A stretch of DNA of 64,000 nucleotides from assembly GCA_964371245.1 (NCBI GenBank), contig CAYJKP010000001.1, positions 251,042 through 315,041 on the forward strand, read 5' to 3'. Shown piece by piece: positions 1 to 7,884 of the stretch; the stretch's first letter is position 1; every line of letters begins with the position of its first letter. The DNA is from an uncultured Gammaproteobacteria bacterium (lineage in GTDB: Bacteria; Patescibacteriota; Patescibacteriia; JAHIZJ01). The notes below the pieces were generated by a model, which was given only the letters and a program-made list of their open reading frames with translations, ran no database searches and was not told the DNA's origin. Made by a program: the position numbers and the translations under genes.

Positions 1-1271
1 CGTTTGCCTTATGTTTGCCGTTGCTGGTTCGCGGAGAGGGGCTTGCCTATGCCGCTATCGGTATCGTGATCAATATAATCTTGGCAATAAAATATCGACC
101 GCAAACCAATCGCTCGCGCGCGCTTACCGTCTTATTTTTTCTCGCCGCATTTGGCAGTCTCTGGCTCTTGATTCGCTATGGTCAGCTCTATGGCGGCGAT
201 TATATTAGCTATACGATAAAAAACATGAACGGTGCGCTCGGTTTTCTCGGGCGGTTGAAATATGCCTTTCTCGGACTGGCCGCACTCACGGGGTTACTCC
301 TTCTGGTTCGACGCCAATTTCAAAAAACAAAGAGGACTCTTAGGCTTAGGCCGTATGTCTTCGGCGGTTTGTTGCTCGTTGCGATCGGTTCGGAAATAGC
401 CTTTTGGTTCTGGGCGCGGTCGCATCAGACCGTTAATTGGCGCTGGTTTAAAATCCAGTATGTCATTGATAATTTCTGGGCGTATATGCTGATCCCATAC
501 GTACTGGTGGCCTATTTGGGGATATATAAAAAGTATCTGGCTCAGCGGGTGTATTTTCTGATAGCCATTTTTCTGCCTTCGCTCATCTTCTTGGTCATGC
601 CGGCGATTGCGGTGGATCAGCCCTGGTTCATGCGCCGCTTTTATGGCGGCATAATCCCGCTCCTTTTTATCTTGGCTGGCGTCGCTCTTGGCAAGCTGCT
701 GGCTGGTAAGAAATACGCCTTGAACATCATCATCCTGTTTTTTATCCTTAACCTGTCCGTATCGTTGCCGATCCTCTTTTATAAAGACAATCAAGGAGTT
801 GAACCCCAGCTCGACGCTGTGGCCGCCCGTTTTACTAAAAATGATCTTATCTTGATGCAACCGGGCTGGCATTGGCAGCAGTGGGGGTACGCCTGGCATT
901 ATTTATATGGACTAGACGTCCTGCCGAATGTTGATGGCTTTAGCGCCGATGAATTTGTCGCGCTTATCGAAAAGTATCCTAATGTCTACATAATGAGCGT
1001 CGACAAAGAAAACCCTTATGCGTTAGTTCAGGCGACAGACCTTGAGTACGCTTTTGATTTTACACTCCGGTATCCAACGCTCATCCCAACGGCCTGGGCG
1101 AATGAGTATGTTGAGGATAATAAAAGCAAGCTGTCGCTTGCTGCCATGGCGCAGGCCTGGAAGGGGACGCCGCCACGAACGTTTGAAAACGTTGAACAGC
1201 CACTCCATGTCTTTCGGTTAAAGCAGAAGAATATCCTGATTGATCGATTCAGCCAGATACCAAAATTTTAA
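1..1271 (+). CDS. Polytopic membrane protein, putative GT-C-type glycosyltransferase; 5' partial (frame open to window edge)
   Basis: ORF 15..1271 has no in-frame stop back to base 3, so the true start is probably upstream of the window. About 10 predicted TM helices, long hydrophobic segments, aromatic-rich C-terminal part. Family call by overall architecture only. Confidence 0.4.
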   Translation, partial: FALCLPLLVRGEGLAYAAIGIVINIILAIKYRPQTNRSRALTVLFFLAAFGSLWLLIRYGQLYGGDYISYTIKNMNGALGFLGRLKYAFLGLAALTGLLLLVRRQFQKTKRTLRLRPYVFGGLLLVAIGSEIAFWFWARSHQTVNWRWFKIQYVIDNFWAYMLIPYVLVAYLGIYKKYLAQRVYFLIAIFLPSLIFLVMPAIAVDQPWFMRRFYGGIIPLLFILAGVALGKLLAGKKYALNIIILFFILNLSVSLPILFYKDNQGVEPQLDAVAARFTKNDLILMQPGWHWQQWGYAWHYLYGLDVLPNVDGFSADEFVALIEKYPNVYIMSVDKENPYALVQATDLEYAFDFTLRYPTLIPTAWANEYVEDNKSKLSLAAMAQAWKGTPPRTFENVEQPLHVFRLKQKNILIDRFSQIPKF

Positions 1272-1278
1272 CAGTCCT

Positions 1279-2370
1279 ATGCGAATTGCGATCATCAACG
1301 AACTGTACGGTACGACGCGGCAAGGCGGCGAACAGGAAGCGATTTTTGAGCTGACTCGACGCTTGCAGGCTGACCGAACGCTCAAGGTCGATGTGTTTAC
1401 CTATCGGGGCGGGGTGGGTGAGACAAAGATATCGACGGCCTGGCCGGCGCCGCTACGCCAACTTCCATTTTTTCGGGAGTTGTTCGTATTGCCGCGTGTC
1501 GGGCGGACGCTCTCATCTGCGTTGTCTGGGCGCTATGACGCGATTATAACATCGTCACCCATATTATTCAGCCAGATGCCGTCCCCGGCGCCATTGATCT
1601 GCGTGTGTCACGCGATCCGCTCGCAAAAGGCGAAAAAGCTGGCTCGCCAGTCGATCGGAAAACGTGTGTTATTTAATCCGTTTGTTCAAAGGCGGTTAGC
1701 ACGGCTTGAGCGACACGCATTCCAAAAAGCCGCCTCAGTTGTGGTCTTACGCGCCCGGATGAGAGATTTCCTCGTGACGGCGCTGGCCATCCCGTCGGAT
1801 AAAATCACCATCCTGCCAAACGCCGTTGATCAAGATCTCTTCCGGCCCGAATCGGTCGAAAAAGAACACGTCCTCTTTGTCGGCCGGGCCACCTCAATGA
1901 AGGGCGTTGACCTGCTCCTTGCGGCGGCACCGAATATCCATGCGCCAGTCGTGGTCGTAACGAAAATAGCGCCAATAAGCGTCCGAAAAAAAGCGAACGC
2001 AGCTGGCGTAAAACTCATATTCAATGTATCACACGAGGCCATGCCGCAGCTCTATCAGCGCGCCCACTGCCTTGTGCTTCCGAGCCGCGATGAAGAGATG
2101 CCCCTGACCGTGCTTGAGGCGATGGCGTGCGGTTTGCCGATCGTCGTAACCCGGGAAGCGGCGGCCGGTCTTATTCAGGACGGTGAAAATGGTTTTCTAC
2201 TAAACACCGAGGAGCCGAGGGAGTTTGCCGAACGCGTGAATAATATATTGGCGAATAAAAAAATAGCCGGTGAATTCGGCCAGCGCAATCGACAACTGAT
2301 TGAGCAGCAATATTCTTGGAATGGCTACCTCCGGGCTTTCCGTGAGATTTTGACTAGACTAGTGCATTAG
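1279..2370 (+). CDS. Glycosyltransferase family 4 (GT-B fold, group 1)
   Basis: ATG at 1279 (MRIAIINELYG...). C-terminal EX7E-type motif 'LPSRDEEMPLTVLEAMACGLPIVVT' typical of GT4/GT1 retaining transferases. Confidence 0.8.
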   Translation: MRIAIINELYGTTRQGGEQEAIFELTRRLQADRTLKVDVFTYRGGVGETKISTAWPAPLRQLPFFRELFVLPRVGRTLSSALSGRYDAIITSSPILFSQMPSPAPLICVCHAIRSQKAKKLARQSIGKRVLFNPFVQRRLARLERHAFQKAASVVVLRARMRDFLVTALAIPSDKITILPNAVDQDLFRPESVEKEHVLFVGRATSMKGVDLLLAAAPNIHAPVVVVTKIAPISVRKKANAAGVKLIFNVSHEAMPQLYQRAHCLVLPSRDEEMPLTVLEAMACGLPIVVTREAAAGLIQDGENGFLLNTEEPREFAERVNNILANKKIAGEFGQRNRQLIEQQYSWNGYLRAFREILTRLVH

Positions 2371-3507
2371 GTTTTCGTACACCGGCAATAAATCACGCTC
2401 AACAATATGCGGCCAGGTAAACCGTTCTATTGAGGAACGGGTATTTTTTTTCAGCTCAGCCAGTTTTTCAAAAAGCTCCAGAAAACCCGCCTTGATTCCA
2501 TCAATGGTATCTGGCACGACCAGGCCGTTAAAGCCATTTTTTACATAGGTTTCATTACCGGCAGTATTTGTCGCTAAAACAGGCAATCCCGCCGACAAGT
2601 ACTCTGGCACCTTTAGGGGTGGTTGATGCTCGTATATGGCCGTTTTTGGCACGTAGGACACGGCTGCATCGGCGATATTAAGCCAGCTGGATACCTCATG
2701 GTAGGGTACGCGGCCGGTAAAAAGGATTTCGCTCCCAGCTAGGCGACCAGCTAAGCGTTCTAGCTCGGGTCGATCGTTCCCATCGCCAAGAAGAATCAGT
2801 TTGCTTTTTGGCAGATTCGGCAATGCTTTAATAAAACCCGCCACCAGTTTTCCGAGCTGGCGTTTCCGATCGAACGTGCCTGAATAAACAAAAACGGTGG
2901 CGTCATCGGTTACGGCATAGCGTTGGCGCAACTCGGCTCGTTTGCCAAGATCGGGCTTAAATAATTCGGGGTTAACGCCCAAGGGGATAGTAGGCGTTGT
3001 CTTTCCAGGGAATAATTTTTGACCAAGGCGTTCATCCAGCGAAACCGTAATATCAGCCTGCTGGCGGGCGATACGAAATGATACCTCGGCGACCTTTTGT
3101 CGGAGTCCCGGCCGGAGGGAGCCGGTTCGGATGTCGAATATTCGCCGCGCTGATCCGACAAACAGCCGCAAGCCAAGCAGCGCAATACCGGCAAATAGAA
3201 AAGGATTGAAAACGTGGACGATATCGATCGGCTCGGCTGTATTCAGGCGGCGTATTTTATTGATCAGCGCGAACGCGAACCGCCATGACAACCAGACCGA
3301 TTCCTGGTCTGAAAAGGGGAGCCGGTGGACCTGGATACCGTCGAGTGTTTCTTCAACGGGCTGGCCGGGCTGTCGGCTGCAGACAACGTGAACCCGGTGG
3401 CCGCGCTGTACTAGGACGCGCGCTAATTCAAGCGTTCCGGTTTTGCCGATGCAGGGCGGGATATACGCCAGGTGGGCGAATAGAATGGTAAATTTTTTTT
3501 GGGTCAT
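2359..3507 (-). CDS. Glycosyltransferase family 4
   Basis: N-terminal GT4_N-like segment (ILFAHLAYIPPCIGKTGTLELARVLVQRGHRVHVV) and C-terminal 'EHQPPLKVPEYLSAGLPVLAT' GT1 motif. Confidence 0.8.
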   Translation of the reverse strand: MTQKKFTILFAHLAYIPPCIGKTGTLELARVLVQRGHRVHVVCSRQPGQPVEETLDGIQVHRLPFSDQESVWLSWRFAFALINKIRRLNTAEPIDIVHVFNPFLFAGIALLGLRLFVGSARRIFDIRTGSLRPGLRQKVAEVSFRIARQQADITVSLDERLGQKLFPGKTTPTIPLGVNPELFKPDLGKRAELRQRYAVTDDATVFVYSGTFDRKRQLGKLVAGFIKALPNLPKSKLILLGDGNDRPELERLAGRLAGSEILFTGRVPYHEVSSWLNIADAAVSYVPKTAIYEHQPPLKVPEYLSAGLPVLATNTAGNETYVKNGFNGLVVPDTIDGIKAGFLELFEKLAELKKNTRSSIERFTWPHIVERDLLPVYENLMH

Positions 3508-4271
3508 TGTCCGAGCAGATAACGGACCGTTCTGATGAACAGAGCCCGATAATAATGGGGATAATCGTGCCGATAATTTTTCAGATATTCCCGGTGGAGC
3601 GCGAACCGCTCGGCCCGCGACAGTGTCTGCGTAATGGCACCGGACGAAACGCGGTAGGCGACGCAGATGTCTGGGAGATTATGCATTTTACCGACGCGGC
3701 CGAGTTTCAGATAAAATTCATAGTCAGAGGCGACCCGGTAGCGCGGGTCATACCCGCCGACAGCCAGCGCGGCGTCGCGCCGGAAAACGGCGGTCGAATT
3801 GGTGATTCGATTTGCGGCCAGCATGCCGGCTCGGATTCCCCGGTCCGTTTCTTTTCGGACGAGATCGCGAAGCGATTGTCCTTTCTCATCAACAATGCGC
3901 ACGCCGGTACCGACAACCACATAGTCAGGGTGTTCTTCGAGAAAAGCGACTTGCTTTTTTAACTTGGTGTCGTCGATCCAATAATCATCATCATCGATCT
4001 TGGCGATGTACTGCCCGCGGGCGCGATTCAAGCTGCGATTGGCCGAGGCAGCAATGCCAAGCTGTTCCGGGTTGGTAATGACCCGGACCCGGGAATCACT
4101 GTTGGCGAGGTAATCAAGGTAGCCTTTTGTTTCATCGGTTGAATGGTCGTCGACGACAATGAGCTCAAGCTCGGCGTCGCGCTGACGCAGAACGCTCTCA
4201 AGCGCTTGCTTGAGCCAGACGACCCGATTTCGGGTGCTGCAGGTGACGCTGATGAGTGGCAGGTTGGCCAT
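3504..4271 (-). CDS. Glycosyltransferase family 2
   Basis: 'ISVTCSTRNRVVWLKQALESVLRQ...LELIVVDDHSTDET' GT-A fold N-terminus with DxD (DDDD). 4-nt overlap with the upstream gene. Confidence 0.8.
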   Translation of the reverse strand: MANLPLISVTCSTRNRVVWLKQALESVLRQRDAELELIVVDDHSTDETKGYLDYLANSDSRVRVITNPEQLGIAASANRSLNRARGQYIAKIDDDDYWIDDTKLKKQVAFLEEHPDYVVVGTGVRIVDEKGQSLRDLVRKETDRGIRAGMLAANRITNSTAVFRRDAALAVGGYDPRYRVASDYEFYLKLGRVGKMHNLPDICVAYRVSSGAITQTLSRAERFALHREYLKNYRHDYPHYYRALFIRTVRYLLGQ

Positions 4272-4294
4272 ATAAACTCACTAGGTGGTTATTG

Positions 4295-4939
4295 TTATGA
4301 CGAGCGTTTTTCGCAGATGATGAAATAATGGTAGAGGTTTTCCTTCACTGGATAGTGGCGTTTAATGTCCCAGCCGTTGTTTTTTATATCAGCCAGGACT
4401 TTCCGCAGGGGCGTGTTCCGCGCGCCGATTTCCCAGTGATGGACGCCGTCGTATTGCCACTTCTTTGGCCACAGGATAAATATCCTTGCCCAGGAGAACT
4501 TACGAAAAAACGGCCGAAACGTCAAGCCTGAATAGAATTTTACGGCTCCGCGCGCAGTGTAGGGGAGACTGATCACGAGATGCCGATTACAGACGTCTTT
4601 CAGGGCGGTCAGGCTATGGAGGAAATCATCGTAGGTGATATGCTCAAACACTTGGCAAGCGAGGACGAGATCGAATGTTGGCAGATGATAGGAGTTTATT
4701 TTTGATACGTCGCCTACGTAATCCGGCTTGTTCGCCGGGTCAAAATCAAAACTTGAGAGTGCCACCCCCATTTGCGTTAGCGTGTAGGCGACCACGCCAT
4801 TGCCAACGCCTATTTCAAGGACGTTCTTTGGCTGAAGCTGCCTGACCTCATGTATTTGATACCAAAAAGAGTTCCAGCGTTCCAAGCTGAGGTAGTGTTC
4901 CGAGGCGTAGGTGCCTTTTTGCTGGAGAGGGTATGCCAT
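4295..4939 (-). CDS. Class I SAM-dependent methyltransferase
   Basis: SAM-binding motif I 'VLEIGVGNGVVAYTL' and motif 'LVLACQVFEHI' (Methyltransf_11/23-like). Confidence 0.7.
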   Translation of the reverse strand: MAYPLQQKGTYASEHYLSLERWNSFWYQIHEVRQLQPKNVLEIGVGNGVVAYTLTQMGVALSSFDFDPANKPDYVGDVSKINSYHLPTFDLVLACQVFEHITYDDFLHSLTALKDVCNRHLVISLPYTARGAVKFYSGLTFRPFFRKFSWARIFILWPKKWQYDGVHHWEIGARNTPLRKVLADIKNNGWDIKRHYPVKENLYHYFIICEKRSS

Positions 4940-4985
4940 AGTTTTTTCAGTCAGGCTCGTAAATGTTTAAATTCGTGACGGTTGG

Positions 4986-6332
4986 TTACTCGACGGGGTC
5001 AACCGGCGGTTCTTCAGTTATCGCCTCCGGTACAATTTTCGAAAAATAGCGCTGCGATACGATCATAACCCAGGCAATTGCTAATATGTTTAAAGCCACC
5101 TTTGTCCAGGCGGCACCGATTGATCCGAACGACGGTATAAAGATCAAGTTAAGGCCGATGCAAAACAGTAATTGGGTGATATTCATGAAGGCGATCGCTC
5201 GGACGCGTTTTAATCGATAGAGGACGACGATCAGCGGATTTACCAGCATATTCATGCCGCTGGCGATGAACAAAATGCGCAGTATCGGCGAGGCGTTTTC
5301 ATAGCGGTGGCCGAACATGAGATTGATGAGAAACGGCGAGAAAAAGACCAGGATTATAATCGAGACTACAACCAGTGGGAAAAATTTCAAGATAGTCGCA
5401 TAAAAGCGTTTCAGCCGCTCACCGGTATAGCGCGAGAGGTGCGGCAAAAAGGTGCTGGTAACCGCGGTCGACGAGATGTTAAAAAAGTTGGCGAAGTTCA
5501 TGGCGGCGTTATACAAACCGACGTCATTAAGTGAGGTCATCCGCGTCAGGAAAAAGGTATCGAGTCGCATAAAGATCATTGAAGCGGCCAGCGAAACGGT
5601 GATCCATTTGCTGAAGTGGAATGTTTCCCGCTGGACCGCGCGATATTCTTCGATATTGACAGGCCGCCGGATCGGAAACGACGGAACGATAAAGGCGCCG
5701 AACATGAGGCCGAAGACCGTGGCAATGACGAGAATGCTGACGGCCGGGTTGGGCGTCAATTCATGTCTCAGCACATAGACGAATCCCAGCAGGAGTAGGA
5801 TTTTCATCGCGCTGATGAAAATGTTGTATGAGACCTTGATCGCAAAGCGTCGATATGACAACAAGACCGATGAGATGAAGTTCTGAATATTAATAAGGAA
5901 AACCGCGATCAGCGCCAGGCGGAAGGGAGCGGCGACGGCTGGTTTATTGAAGATAAAATCCGCCACCCAGTTTGAAAGAAGGAAGCCGGCCGTGCACAAG
6001 AGCGCTGATGAAAGCACCCGGTAGCGCAGCGAGACGTAAAAAATCGCTTTGGCGAGACGTTCCCGCCCCTCAGTCAAATGCTGCGAGGCGAAGCGGATGA
6101 CGGTTGTGGTCAGGCCGGAGTCGGACAATTCAACGACGACGACCAGGATGGCGGTGGCGAAAGAATAGATACCAAAATTCTCGACCGACATGTTACGCGA
6201 GACGAGCACGGAGAAACCAAAGACCAGTAAGGCGTTGACGAAATTGCCGATAAACATGATCACTGTATCCCGGGAGACGCGGGAACGGGAGGCGTGGATA
6301 AGGTCGGACAGGTAGGTGGTTGCTTTACCCAT
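4986..6332 (-). CDS. Polysaccharide biosynthesis protein / Wzx-like oligosaccharide flippase (MOP superfamily)
   Basis: 448 aa, about 12-14 TM helices. N-terminal 'IGNFVNALLVFGFSVLVSRNMSVENFGIYSFA' matches the Wzx/PST family pattern. Confidence 0.7.
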   Translation of the reverse strand: MGKATTYLSDLIHASRSRVSRDTVIMFIGNFVNALLVFGFSVLVSRNMSVENFGIYSFATAILVVVVELSDSGLTTTVIRFASQHLTEGRERLAKAIFYVSLRYRVLSSALLCTAGFLLSNWVADFIFNKPAVAAPFRLALIAVFLINIQNFISSVLLSYRRFAIKVSYNIFISAMKILLLLGFVYVLRHELTPNPAVSILVIATVFGLMFGAFIVPSFPIRRPVNIEEYRAVQRETFHFSKWITVSLAASMIFMRLDTFFLTRMTSLNDVGLYNAAMNFANFFNISSTAVTSTFLPHLSRYTGERLKRFYATILKFFPLVVVSIIILVFFSPFLINLMFGHRYENASPILRILFIASGMNMLVNPLIVVLYRLKRVRAIAFMNITQLLFCIGLNLIFIPSFGSIGAAWTKVALNILAIAWVMIVSQRYFSKIVPEAITEEPPVDPVE

Positions 6333-7884
6333 GTCGGTGGGGATTATGGTGAGGTTGTATTTCGACGTGACCGCGCCAGTTTATCGGCGCAGCGAATTGT
6401 AAATTCATATCATCGATTGGTTGCGATGATATAATATTGACATTTTCGGAAGTGATACCCGCAAAATTGATCATTGAATTTTTCCGGATCTCGTTTAATG
6501 ACGGTATTTTCGCGTAATCAAACCCCATGATTTTTGCCGCTATGAAGTCAACCGCTAGAGGGTGAAAGCCGGCCAGGACAAGGCCCGCTTTTTTGGGCAA
6601 GCACTCCATCGGCCCCTCTTTCTCTCCGGCGGTGATTCCATCGACGAGACAAAAATAATTACGCTGCCGGTCGTGATGCAGACGGCCTTCCCGATCAGCG
6701 TAGAAGAGGATGTAATTAAGGTCGGCGATCGTCCGCCAAACGGTGTCGTTTCCATACCAGCTGCCCTCAGAAAAAACCCCTGGTGGCGGAAAGAGTATTT
6801 GATAAGTCTTTCGATCAGCCTGAGGATAAACGGATTTGAATTTATCATAATCCGCTTGATCAGTTGCGGTTGCGATTCTATTATGTCCGTATTCCAAAAC
6901 ACGGCGCACCTTTTTCAGTACCGTTGCCAGCCAGACGCCGACGAATTGATGGCGCTTTAACATAGAAAAAATTCGGGATTTCGCCAGTCGCCAAAACGCG
7001 ATTTTCGGATATTCGTCACCGCCCGTGCCGATCTTTCCGACACGGTGATGGGCGATCCAACGTTTATCGCCGTTAATGCCGATGATATTTTTTAGGGCCA
7101 CGGTGAGACCGGCCTTGCGGTGAGTTTTTAATTTCGGCACGTTGATAAATAAATCGGCCGAAAGCATGGTTTTGGCGATATAGTATTCATTAACCTCGCC
7201 ATGGTGATGTTGGCTGACCGATCCCCGCGTGTAGTCGGTTATCATCAATCGTTCCGAATATTCACGAATCGGATATAAGGCGCTTGAGCGATTCAAGTCG
7301 ATGCTGGCATATCCCCGCGGATCGCGTTCTTTGAAATCGCGCTTCGAAATAATTTTTTCTGAGTTGAAATATGAAATTTCCTTCCGTAAATCCAGCAATT
7401 CAAGCAGTATGTTTTGAGCGCGATAATACTCGACCAAGTCGCGCAGCCCGCTCTCGGTGATGACCTCGTTCCAATCAGAGCTTTGGAGAATGCAATCAGC
7501 GATAATTATCTGACAATTACCGTTCGTGGAAAGCAAAAGATAATCGATAACCGGACGGATAACCGAAGCGTGGGTGATAATACTGAGCACGCCCGCGTGG
7601 CCAAGCGGGTGATTTCCTCTGACGAGATTCGGTTTAATAACAACGCGCTGTCCGGGCTTGATGAGTTCGCGAAAGGGTTTCCACCCCGGCGTTCCGACGT
7701 GACTGCGGTCAAGGCCGAGCTGGATAAATAATTCACGAACCTGGTTGTACACCTGGTTCGCGGCATCGCGGTCTGGTTGATAGGGGAGGGAGACCAACTC
7801 GGGATATTGACTCGGTGGATGGTACGGCGGATCGGGATAGTTACACCAGGCGCTCCGTACCAAGCCTACGTCATGATAGTTCAT
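6325..7884 (-). CDS. DUF362 domain-containing protein
   Basis: Motifs 'VIKPNLV' and 'PKLKTHRKAGLTVALKNIIGI' characteristic of DUF362. 519 aa with an extra N-terminal extension. Overlaps the flippase gene by 8 nt. Confidence 0.5.
   Translation of the reverse strand: MNYHDVGLVRSAWCNYPDPPYHPPSQYPELVSLPYQPDRDAANQVYNQVRELFIQLGLDRSHVGTPGWKPFRELIKPGQRVVIKPNLVRGNHPLGHAGVLSIITHASVIRPVIDYLLLSTNGNCQIIIADCILQSSDWNEVITESGLRDLVEYYRAQNILLELLDLRKEISYFNSEKIISKRDFKERDPRGYASIDLNRSSALYPIREYSERLMITDYTRGSVSQHHHGEVNEYYIAKTMLSADLFINVPKLKTHRKAGLTVALKNIIGINGDKRWIAHHRVGKIGTGGDEYPKIAFWRLAKSRIFSMLKRHQFVGVWLATVLKKVRRVLEYGHNRIATATDQADYDKFKSVYPQADRKTYQILFPPPGVFSEGSWYGNDTVWRTIADLNYILFYADREGRLHHDRQRNYFCLVDGITAGEKEGPMECLPKKAGLVLAGFHPLAVDFIAAKIMGFDYAKIPSLNEIRKNSMINFAGITSENVNIISSQPIDDMNLQFAAPINWRGHVEIQPHHNPHRHG

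Noticed and set aside
294-899. 201-aa ORF on the minus strand inside the first membrane-protein gene (and many similar 60-175-aa antisense/alternate-frame ORFs throughout the track, e.g. 3507-3962, 5452-5778, 20885-21412, 29212-29547, 50679-51191, 56211-56576)
   Set aside because: They lie entirely within longer ORFs that have clear family signatures on the other strand or frame. Compositions are Arg/Pro/Ser-rich, as expected for shadow ORFs in 50-55% GC DNA. None has independent motif support.
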